From an uncultured Acidobacteriota bacterium (lineage in GTDB: Bacteria; Acidobacteriota; Terriglobia; Acidiferrales; UBA7541), in assembly GCA_963740095.1 (NCBI GenBank), contig CAVUDN010000042.1, positions 4,295 through 68,294 of the forward strand: a DNA stretch of 64,000 nt. Reading direction: 5' to 3'. This document shows, one piece after another, positions 8,778 through 16,301 of the stretch (position 1 is the first letter of the stretch; every line of letters starts with the position of its first letter). A program made the position numbers and the translations under genes. The notes beneath the pieces are model-generated. The model ran no database searches. It was given only the letters and a program-made list of their open reading frames with translations, and was not told the DNA's origin.

Positions 8778-11381
8778 TCACGCTTTGTAGATTCGCACCT
8801 TCACGCACAGATCCATGTTCAGATTCCCAGGATCCAGATGTTCGTAATCAACTTCGATCAGCTCGTTATAGAAAACGCCTTTGCCCTTGGCTATCGGCAA
8901 GTCCTTGGACCAGTGGCCTGCCAGAGCCGCGATACCGATGCCCTCGGGATGGATCCCTTCAATCGTCTTCAATTTGCCCTTGACCCTGCGCTTGTAATTG
9001 GATTCCACCCAAATAATATCCCCGTCGTTGAGGCCCTTCTTCTTGGCCGTCGCCGCGTTGACGGCGATGTTGTACGAGTAGTCGTTCATCTGAGCTGCTT
9101 CGTCGAGCCAGGGATTTTCCAGCGTCAGCGAATTGGTGTGGACGGTATCTCGGTAGTAAAAGCTGATGAGGTCGTATTGCGGGTCCTTGCACTCGTGCGA
9201 TGGGCAGGGATTCCAATCCGGCAATGTCTGATAGGCTTGATAGTTGATTTCGTTCTCGATGCCGAACTCTTTGGCGACTTGGCGCACTTGCTCGCCGGTA
9301 GTCTGGAAGATCTCGAAGTAAACGGGAACTCGGACGGGCACGCGACTGCGCCAGTACACTTCCTCAGCCTTCTTCGGCCAGTTCATCACGCCGTTTTCCT
9401 TGAACCACTCCAGGCCGTGGGCTTCGCCGAAGAAGCTCTTCAGCGCCCTGTCTACGATCTCTTCGAACTCATATTTGACATCCGGCTCGAGCCGGTACGG
9501 ATCTTTCAGCTCGAAGTGCGTGTTGTACGCGCCATTCATGTCCTTGAGCAATCCCATCCGGTATCCGATCTCGTACATCACTCGCAAGAAATCGCGCCGC
9601 TCCCCGACCGATTTCACAACCGGCTGGCGAATCGGCCAGCTCCAAGTCCCCATGCTGCCCGGATGATTGAAGATGAACGGATAGTTGGGCGAGGGGAAGA
9701 GGCGCTCCAGGTAACACGTATCCGGCAAAACGACGTCGGCGAAATCGGTCATCTCGTTCTTGAAGATGTCGAACGAGATGATGAAGACGTCCTTGAACGC
9801 CTCCGCCACTACGTCTTTGTTACCCACACTCATGATGGCGTTCGCTCCGAAGTTGATCATCACCCTAGGCCGGCGTTGGATGTTGAACCTGTTCCACCAT
9901 TTCTCGCGATCCGCGGCACCGTAAAAGGGCGACGTCATCGCCCACGGGAAGAATTCGCGCATGCCGATCGTGGTCGGAGCGGCCGCATCGTTCGCCGGGA
10001 AAGGTTTGTGCGGATGCATCCACGTGCCGGTGATCATCAAACCATCCGGTGTTGCCTCGGGGACGTAGTGCGGCCGGCCAGTGTCTGGATAGCCGTGGCA
10101 AACAGGATTGAAGCCCAGCGCTCCGCCAACGTTGTCCGCTGAACCCACTAATTGATTCAGCAGGTCGATCGCCACGCAATTCCACGTCGAGTTCTTGTGA
10201 CCCTGAGAGCCACGGAAAAATATGGCCGCAGCCGGCCGGTAGGGATATTCCTCGCCGTTGATCACGATCGTGCTGCCGATGCGCGCTGCTTCGCCGAATT
10301 CGCGGGCCATTCTGCGGATGTTCGCCGCGGCAATCGTCGTAATTCCCGAGGAATATTCCGGCGTGTATTTCTTCAAGTGTTCCTTCAATATCTGAAACCC
10401 CGGTTGCGTCTTGCCCCCGTTCACCGTGAAGGTGCCCAGCAGTGCCATGCTGTCGATCGGCGCAGAGTCAAACGTCTTTGCGGTGCCGGCAGTCGCGTCC
10501 CACACCAGAGGCTTATTCGTCGCCGCGTCACGCACGTAGTGCCCGTCTTCTTTAACCAGGTACGCGGCGTTCGTGCACTGTTTCAGATAATGTCCGTCGT
10601 AGATTCCAACTTCGTTCACCAGCACGTTTGCCATCGCAAGGGCCAGGGCGGCATCCGTCCCAACGCGGATGGGAACCCACTCGTTGCCCTTGCCGGCGGC
10701 AAAATTGCACATCGGGTCCACAACCACCATCTTCATTCCGCGGGCCCGCGCGTCGGCCGCCAGTTGCGCATTCTGGTTGGCGACATGACCGGCGGAGTGT
10801 CCCTTGCTTGCGCCGAAGTAGATCGCGTAGTTGCAGAATTTGAAGTCCGGAACCAGCGACCAGGAAGCGTGCATCAAGCCGCCGATTTCGTGTGCGCCCG
10901 ACCCGCAATGAATGCCTCCGCCACCTACCCAGACGGCGTTTGCGCCGAAGGCCTCCGCAAAAGTGAACAGTCCGCAATGCATTTCGGAGGCGCAAGTCGT
11001 TGTGCCCTGCAGGAAGAGCTCTCCCGGGTCGCGGTCATGCACTTCTTTCAGCTTCTTTACGGCGATGTCTAGCGCCTCTTCCCACGAAATTTCCACCCAG
11101 CCGGGATCGACGCCGATGCCTTTCTTCGGATTCGTTCGCTTCAACGGTACGTTCACGCGGTTGGGATCGTAGAGCGTCATGATCCCTGAGACGCCCTTCG
11201 CGCACAGTCTTCCCTCGCCGCACGCGCTGAGGGGATTGCCCTCGATTTTGGCCAGCACGCCGTCCACGTTATGGGCAAGGATCGAGCAGTTGCTGTAACA
11301 CAGGCTACAGGAGGAGGGGATCCAGCTATCCTGCTGATGGTTTGCTGTCACTCCTGCCTTTGCCTTCTCAAGGGTTAGCAT
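8778..11381 (-). CDS. Molybdopterin (bis-MGD) oxidoreductase catalytic subunit of the DMSO-reductase superfamily, with no Tat signal
   Basis: 867 aa. An N-terminal FS0 motif CSLCYSNC...LCAKG begins at residue 25, and there is no RR motif before it. Size and layout are typical of PsrA/SoeA-type subunits. ATG at 11381 with GAGGAAGGA upstream. Confidence 0.9.
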   Translation of the reverse strand: MLTLEKAKAGVTANHQQDSWIPSSCSLCYSNCSILAHNVDGVLAKIEGNPLSACGEGRLCAKGVSGIMTLYDPNRVNVPLKRTNPKKGIGVDPGWVEISWEEALDIAVKKLKEVHDRDPGELFLQGTTTCASEMHCGLFTFAEAFGANAVWVGGGGIHCGSGAHEIGGLMHASWSLVPDFKFCNYAIYFGASKGHSAGHVANQNAQLAADARARGMKMVVVDPMCNFAAGKGNEWVPIRVGTDAALALAMANVLVNEVGIYDGHYLKQCTNAAYLVKEDGHYVRDAATNKPLVWDATAGTAKTFDSAPIDSMALLGTFTVNGGKTQPGFQILKEHLKKYTPEYSSGITTIAAANIRRMAREFGEAARIGSTIVINGEEYPYRPAAAIFFRGSQGHKNSTWNCVAIDLLNQLVGSADNVGGALGFNPVCHGYPDTGRPHYVPEATPDGLMITGTWMHPHKPFPANDAAAPTTIGMREFFPWAMTSPFYGAADREKWWNRFNIQRRPRVMINFGANAIMSVGNKDVVAEAFKDVFIISFDIFKNEMTDFADVVLPDTCYLERLFPSPNYPFIFNHPGSMGTWSWPIRQPVVKSVGERRDFLRVMYEIGYRMGLLKDMNGAYNTHFELKDPYRLEPDVKYEFEEIVDRALKSFFGEAHGLEWFKENGVMNWPKKAEEVYWRSRVPVRVPVYFEIFQTTGEQVRQVAKEFGIENEINYQAYQTLPDWNPCPSHECKDPQYDLISFYYRDTVHTNSLTLENPWLDEAAQMNDYSYNIAVNAATAKKKGLNDGDIIWVESNYKRRVKGKLKTIEGIHPEGIGIAALAGHWSKDLPIAKGKGVFYNELIEVDYEHLDPGNLNMDLCVKVRIYKA

Positions 11382-11741
11382 AGAATTCCTTCCTCGCGGC
11401 GCGGTCCACGTAGCACGCGTTCGCAGCTGCACGCTGCCGCCGAGCCCGCTCCCCCTGCGGCAGTTCGTTCCCGGAGCCGAGTGGAATCGCTTTCACGTCA
11501 CATTTCAGACTTCCGTCGTAAAGAAGGAATTTGGACACAGACCAGCAGCCAGAGGAGTCGCAGAAGCACCAGGAACCAATGAGACTGTGAAAAGAAGCGA
11601 AACTTTGGCTGTTAGCAAGATGAAGGCACTGATAGCGAGTCGCAGGGCGATTCGGCTGACTTGCCGGTGGGTGCCTGATCTGCCCTGCGAGAGAGGCCAT
11701 GCGTTATCCAGCCAACGACGCTACAGCTGACGGCCAATCTA

Positions 11742-11788
11742 TCCAGCGACCGCTGGAATGTCAAGCCAAAAGTCCAGCGACCGCTGGA
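11742..11788. promoter_or_regulatory. Two identical 16-bp palindromic sites TCCAGCGACCGCTGGA (11742-11757 and 11773-11788), 31 bp centre to centre
   Basis: Read directly. Each copy is a 7+7 inverted repeat with a 2-bp centre. Both lie in ORF-poor DNA about 360-400 bp upstream of the molybdoenzyme operon start. Confidence 0.35.
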
Positions 11789-11975
11789 CTCTTCTAGATA
11801 TGTTTGAATGCTATCAGGAAGCCTATCCGATACTGTGGGTGCGCGGGAATGAGAAGAGCCGCCGGGGGATACCCTACTGCGCACGCCGCGATCGCACGCA
11901 GCTTGTGCTCGGCCACGACACGGACGCGCAGGAACAATCAATCATGTCTGTGACGATTGCTCCTCTCCGAAAGCC

Positions 11976-12074
11976 CTAGGTCGCCTCGATACATGGCTGA
12001 ATCCACATCTCGGCGATTTGCAACTTGCCGATGTGGGCAACGCTCAAGCCAAGAAACTAATCGACGCCATGCAG
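11976..12074 (+). pseudogene. Fragment resembling the N-terminal SAM-like domain of a tyrosine integrase
   Basis: The frame translation LGRLDTWLNPHLGDLQLADVGNAQAKKLIDAMQ matches the familiar ..h..P.LG...L..i......fi..l pattern of phage-type integrases. No start codon and no catalytic domain follow. Confidence 0.3.
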
Positions 12075-12234
12075 GTTGGAATCGCCAAAATGGATTTCGT
12101 GTGTCACCGTTCGCATGAACGGCAGCATATAGACTCCCCAGGTCCCCAACCTGCTCAGGACATCGTAGGCGATGTAGTTTCGCCCGCGCTCTCCGCCGAG
12201 GAGTGGGGCAAGCAATCTGATCTAATCGGGTCTT

Positions 12235-12258
12235 GTAGGGGCGCTGCTTGCTGCGCCC
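12235..12258. repeat. REP-like GC-rich hairpin repeat of the GTAGGGGCG...CGCCC family (copy 1)
   Basis: GTAGGGGCGCTGCTTGCTGCGCCC is nearly the reverse complement of 30159-30183 (GGGGCGCAGCAAGCGACGCCCCTAC). Confidence 0.6.
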
Positions 12259-12325
12259 TTTTGCGCCTCGGCTTTGCGTCCGCCACGCATTGTCAACGCG
12301 CCGCGCCTCGCGTGATAATGAACCC

Positions 12326-13597
12326 ATGACCTCAACCACCGCCATAGCCAAAGGGCAGTTTGTCCAGTCACCCGAATTCGAGAAGAATCTCGATCGCCTC
12401 GCCGAAGTCGCCGTTCGCGTAGGCCTGGGAATCTCGCCCGGGCAGGAACTGGTGATGACCGCCATGCTCGACGCGGTCCCGTTGGCCCGGCTGATCACGC
12501 AGCACGCTTACAAAGCGGGCGCCTCGGTTGTCACGTCGCTGCTCGCCGACGAGCAGTCGGCGCTCGCCCGCTTCCGCTACGGCTCGGACGCCAGTTTCGA
12601 CGCCGCGCCTGCGTGGCTCTACGAGGGCATGGCCGCGGCATACCGCAGCGGCGCCGCACGCCTCGCGATCGCCGGCAATGATCCTTTGCTGCTCTCGAAA
12701 GAGGACCCGGAAAAGGTGAGCCGCGTGAATCGCGCCACCTCGAAAGCATACCGCCCGGCACTCGAGCTGATCGCGCGCCACGAAATCAATTGGACGATCT
12801 GCGCCTGCGCCACCCCCGCGTGGGCGACGGCCGTATTTCCCGATTTGCCGCAGGATGAAGCGCTCGCGCGCCTCTGGCAAGCCATTTTCGCCGCGTCGCG
12901 CGCCGATCTGCCCGATCCCGTGGCTGCGTGGAAAACGCATGACGCAAACCTGCACGCCCGCGCCGACCGCTTGAATGAAAAACGCTTTGCGGCCCTCCAT
13001 TTCCGCGGGCCCAGCACCGATCTACGCGTTGGCCTCGCCGACGGCCATCTCTGGCTCGGCGGCGGCACCACCGCGCGCAACGGCCGCTACTGCATTCCCA
13101 ATATGCCGACCGAGGAAGTTTTCACCACGCCGCACAAGGACCGCACGGAAGGGCGCGTCACCAGCACCAAGCCGCTATCGTATCAAGGCACGATGATCGA
13201 AGAGATTTCAGTGCGATTCGAAGCCGGAAAGATCGTCGAGGCCCACGCCGCGCGCGGCAATCAGGTGTTGCAGCGCATGATCGAAACGGACGAAGGCGCG
13301 CGCAAGCTCGGCGAAGTGGCGCTCGTCCCGCACTCATCGCCCATCGCGTCGAGCGGCTTGCTCTTCATGAACACGCTTTTCGACGAAAACGCCGCCTGCC
13401 ACATCGCCCTCGGCCAAGCCTATAGCACGTGCCTGAAAGATGGCGACACACAAACGCCCGAGCAGCTCGCGTCGCGCGGCGCAAACAGTAGCCTGATTCA
13501 CGTGGATTGGATGATCGGATCAAACCACATCGATGTAGATGGCGTAAGCGCAGCAGGAAATTCCGAGCCGGTGATACGGGCGGGTGAGTGGGTGTAA
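12326..13597 (+). CDS. Aminopeptidase, peptidase M29 (AmpS/aminopeptidase T) family
   Basis: 423 aa. N-terminus FEKNLDRLAEVAVRVGLGISPGQELV, plus IPNMPTEEVFTTP and C-terminal HIALG...LIHVDWMIG motifs typical of M29 enzymes. Confidence 0.85.
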   Translation: MTSTTAIAKGQFVQSPEFEKNLDRLAEVAVRVGLGISPGQELVMTAMLDAVPLARLITQHAYKAGASVVTSLLADEQSALARFRYGSDASFDAAPAWLYEGMAAAYRSGAARLAIAGNDPLLLSKEDPEKVSRVNRATSKAYRPALELIARHEINWTICACATPAWATAVFPDLPQDEALARLWQAIFAASRADLPDPVAAWKTHDANLHARADRLNEKRFAALHFRGPSTDLRVGLADGHLWLGGGTTARNGRYCIPNMPTEEVFTTPHKDRTEGRVTSTKPLSYQGTMIEEISVRFEAGKIVEAHAARGNQVLQRMIETDEGARKLGEVALVPHSSPIASSGLLFMNTLFDENAACHIALGQAYSTCLKDGDTQTPEQLASRGANSSLIHVDWMIGSNHIDVDGVSAAGNSEPVIRAGEWV

Positions 13598-13639
13598 GGT
13601 TCGCGCGGTAGCGCGATCCTGTCTTCGAATTTCCGGGTG

Positions 13640-13666
13640 CCCCATCCTCGGTTTGTGAGGGTGGGG
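13640..13666 (+). terminator. GC-rich hairpin (10-bp stem with one G-U pair) downstream of the aminopeptidase gene; a REP-like word
   Basis: CCCCATCCTC-GGTTTGT-GAGGGTGGGG followed by CTTTGCC. It lies between convergent genes. Confidence 0.4.
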
Positions 13667-13673
13667 CTTTGCC

Positions 13674-13910
13674 TTACTCAACCGCGATGCGCGACCCTTG
13701 CTGGGTTGTCCCCGAAAGGTGCTCGATGCGCTGATCGATCACGGCGCGAATCGCCTTCAGAAACTCCACGCGCGAGTTCGTCAGATGCTGCTTCACGGCG
13801 GGCGAAACCTCGAGAATTTTCGCCACGTGGTCCAGCACCTCATGGCAAACGCAGCGCTCGGTGCCCGTGCTTTGACTTGCCGGATTTGAAGCGGTCTGTT
13901 CTGTGCTCAT
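13674..13910 (-). CDS. Small hypothetical protein (78 aa), translationally coupled to the ArsA-like ATPase
   Basis: Its start overlaps the upstream stop (ATGA at 13907-13910). It contains a CVCHE motif and I recognised no family. Confidence 0.5.
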   Translation of the reverse strand: MSTEQTASNPASQSTGTERCVCHEVLDHVAKILEVSPAVKQHLTNSRVEFLKAIRAVIDQRIEHLSGTTQQGSRIAVE

Positions 13911-15097
13911 TTGGTCTCCTTCATCTCGACGGTGAGAACTCGATTATCGAGCCTCGCTCGAGAGGGAAGCAGCGTCGCCATCGACCGCGGCAGCCCGATG
14001 TGCCTCCGGAGCGTGCCGATTTCGACGACGAGCTCGTCGCCCTTCTTGAATAACCCGACTTCGCCCTTCACCGCAAACGGCAGCAGCAGGCGAATCTCGT
14101 AAACCTCGTCCGATTTCCCGAACGTGTAGGGCTTTTCCGTCCGAGTCACGGCGGCCGGGTCTTCGCCTTCATCATACAGCACGCTGGCCAGCTCCCGCAG
14201 CCGCTCTTTTCCGAGCACCTCGTGCGCGAAAAGAGGGACGCGCCGCACCGGGACGGGCGCGAAATACTCCTCGATCTCCTCGAGCACCCTTTCCTGCGAC
14301 GTGTGCCACTCGGTGAAAAACGCATCCGTCACATCCCTCGGCAGCAGCCGGTTGACGATCACCGCGTCCACCGTCAGCCCGTGCAGCGAGAAATAGACGA
14401 ACGCGCGCTGCGTTTCCCGCAGCACCATCTTTTCCGGGTTCGTCACCAGCCGCACACTCGTCGTGTTCGGGTCTTCCATCAGGTCGTCCACGCCCTCGAG
14501 CTTCTCGAAGAGATTGCGGATGTTGGCGAAGTAGCTGTCGGTCGGCAGCTCGAATGGCGCCACGCGATTGGCGATCGGCCGCACCGCCTTCAGCAGGTTC
14601 CGTTGGAATGGGAAAATGTGCTTCATGTACCAATCGAGCGTCGTCGGCATGCTGATGAACCGCATAGATTCCGCGGTGGGCGCCGCGTCGAGCACGATCA
14701 CGTCGTAGCGCTGCTCCCGCCGGTATTCGTTGATGTACATCATCGCGCTGAGTTCTTCCATGCCCGGCAGAATCGCCAGTTCTTCTGCCTCCACGCCGCT
14801 GATCCCGGTGGTACGCAGCACGGAGGTTACGTAGGACGATATCTCTTGCCAGTGCCGCTTGATCTCTTTCTGAATATTGAGCTCGAAAATCGAAAGCTTG
14901 TCGCTGATCGGAAACGGATCGGAAGTTTTCGTGTGAAAAAGGTCGCCGCCCAGGTCAAACGAATCCGCCAGGCTGTGCGCGGGATCGATGCTCATCACCA
15001 GCGTGCGGTGGCCGATTTCCGCGAGCCGCACGCCCGTGGCGGCGGCCAGGCTCGTCTTGCCCACGCCGCCTTTGCCGCTGAACAATAAAATTCTCAT
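13907..15097 (-). CDS. ArsA/GET3/TRC40-family ATPase with a C-terminal HSP20-like domain
   Basis: Deviant Walker A motif FSGKGGVGKTS, the DPAHSL motif, and a C-terminal beta-rich segment (YEIRLLLPFAVKGEVGLFKKGDELVVEIG) of the type seen in ArsA_HSP20 fusions. Confidence 0.9.
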   Translation of the reverse strand: MRILLFSGKGGVGKTSLAAATGVRLAEIGHRTLVMSIDPAHSLADSFDLGGDLFHTKTSDPFPISDKLSIFELNIQKEIKRHWQEISSYVTSVLRTTGISGVEAEELAILPGMEELSAMMYINEYRREQRYDVIVLDAAPTAESMRFISMPTTLDWYMKHIFPFQRNLLKAVRPIANRVAPFELPTDSYFANIRNLFEKLEGVDDLMEDPNTTSVRLVTNPEKMVLRETQRAFVYFSLHGLTVDAVIVNRLLPRDVTDAFFTEWHTSQERVLEEIEEYFAPVPVRRVPLFAHEVLGKERLRELASVLYDEGEDPAAVTRTEKPYTFGKSDEVYEIRLLLPFAVKGEVGLFKKGDELVVEIGTLRRHIGLPRSMATLLPSRARLDNRVLTVEMKETK

Positions 15098-15164
15098 AGC
15101 CCATTATAGCGCGCTGCAAACCAATCGCCTTCGCGCCGCCGCAGCCGGACGCGGGTGGCGTGCT

Positions 15165-15200
15165 GGGTGGAAGCGTGAGGCTTTAGCCTCGCGGAAAAGC
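15165..15200. repeat. Dispersed repeat GGGTGGAAGCGTGAGGCTTTAGCCTCGCGGAAAAGC (copy 1)
   Basis: A near-identical inverted copy lies at 31868-31902. It contains a short internal hairpin, GAGGCT-TT-AGCCTC. Confidence 0.6.
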
Positions 15201-15458
15201 GCCTCGAGAACGGGGGCTTCCAGCCCCGGGGTTTCCCGTGCCCGCGAGGCAATTCCAAAGCCCCAACCGGTCGCATCCAAACGAGCCCAAGCTACATCGA
15301 ATCTTCGCCGCCTATACAGGACCGGCCGGATATGCGGCTCGCCGGTGAGGGATTATGCTCACCGCCCGAGCCCGAGAGCAGTCTAAGTTAGAGCGCACTA
15401 ATCTAAATTCGGCCGCCCTCGCAAAGGACGACGAATTGGGGAATTGAGGTCCATCACA

Positions 15459-15842
15459 ATGAGCCATACCGCTACCGCAACGATAAGCAGGACGCCAGCC
15501 ATACGAAGTTACGACGCTTTCGAGAAGGTGCTTCGTCTCCGAAAGCGCGAGCTACAGGCGCGGATTGCCGATCTGCTCGGCGAAGTGGCCGTGAAAGCCG
15601 AGCCCGACGATGAAGGAGACGCCGCAATCCAAAATTACTCGACCGATTGGGCGGCAGCCGCACTCGATCGCGCGCGGCGCACCCTGCGCGAGGTCGATGC
15701 TGCGCTAGCGCGCATCAAGGCCGGAGACTACGGCGTCTGCGACGTCTGCCACATGTCGATCCCTAGAGCGCGGCTGGAGGCTTTGCCTTGGGCTCGCTTA
15801 TGCGTGGGCTGCGCGGAACGCAACGCCGAGGGCCGCGGCTAA
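15459..15842 (+). CDS. DksA/TraR-family C4 zinc-finger protein
   Basis: C-terminal motif CDVCHMSIPRARLEALPWARLCVGC, preceded by a coiled-coil-like region. Confidence 0.8.
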   Translation: MSHTATATISRTPAIRSYDAFEKVLRLRKRELQARIADLLGEVAVKAEPDDEGDAAIQNYSTDWAAAALDRARRTLREVDAALARIKAGDYGVCDVCHMSIPRARLEALPWARLCVGCAERNAEGRG

Positions 15843-16294
15843 ACCCCGCTCCCGGCGCTGCGCCGGCGGGGCCGGTCGTCTTCCTCGGCGATGAGGACGC
15901 CGCCCTTGCCGTCGCGCGTCTTCGAACCGTGCTCTTTCAGGATGGCCTCGGCTCGGGCGGTCAGTATCTGGCTGGGAGGCCGCACGACCAGGATCGCGCC
16001 CTCCTTCTTCACGTGCGTGGCGTAAAACTCCTGCTCGCCGATGTAGTTCGGCATCTCGCCAGAGTCGTCGTGGACTTCGCCCGCACCGCACATACGCAAA
16101 CCGCGCAAGGCGCGCGCCACTCGCTCGCGGATGCCCTCGTGCGGCTGGAAGCCGAGCTCTTCGGCCCGCAAATCGCGGTCGACGTCGCTCACCACCTCGA
16201 TTTCCTCGCCGACAATACCGGCGAGTTCGAGGTCCTCGACGGCAGCCTCGGCTTGCTCGTAAGTGTCGAATAATCCGATCAGTGCGGTATGCAT
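15839..16294 (-). CDS. Acidic hypothetical protein, possibly a general-stress (YflT-like) protein
   Basis: N-terminus LIGLFDTYEQAEAAVEDLELAGI resembles YflT/DUF1269-type stress proteins. The assignment is weak. Confidence 0.5.
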   Translation of the reverse strand: MHTALIGLFDTYEQAEAAVEDLELAGIVGEEIEVVSDVDRDLRAEELGFQPHEGIRERVARALRGLRMCGAGEVHDDSGEMPNYIGEQEFYATHVKKEGAILVVRPPSQILTARAEAILKEHGSKTRDGKGGVLIAEEDDRPRRRSAGSGV

Positions 16295-16301
16295 CGGCGC
16301 G

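Noticed and set aside
8643-10142. 499-aa plus-strand ORF, together with 10152-11072 (306 aa)
   Set aside because: It lies antisense to the well-supported molybdopterin oxidoreductase CDS. Its Arg/His/Val-rich, low-complexity composition is typical of shadow ORFs in high-GC DNA, and it has no recognisable motifs.
11368-11700. 110-aa minus-strand ORF upstream of and overlapping the molybdoenzyme start. I considered it as a possible leader or chaperone gene.
   Set aside because: It overlaps the better-supported start at 11381 in another frame, has no SD, no motif and odd composition. The region is better explained as a promoter or leader.
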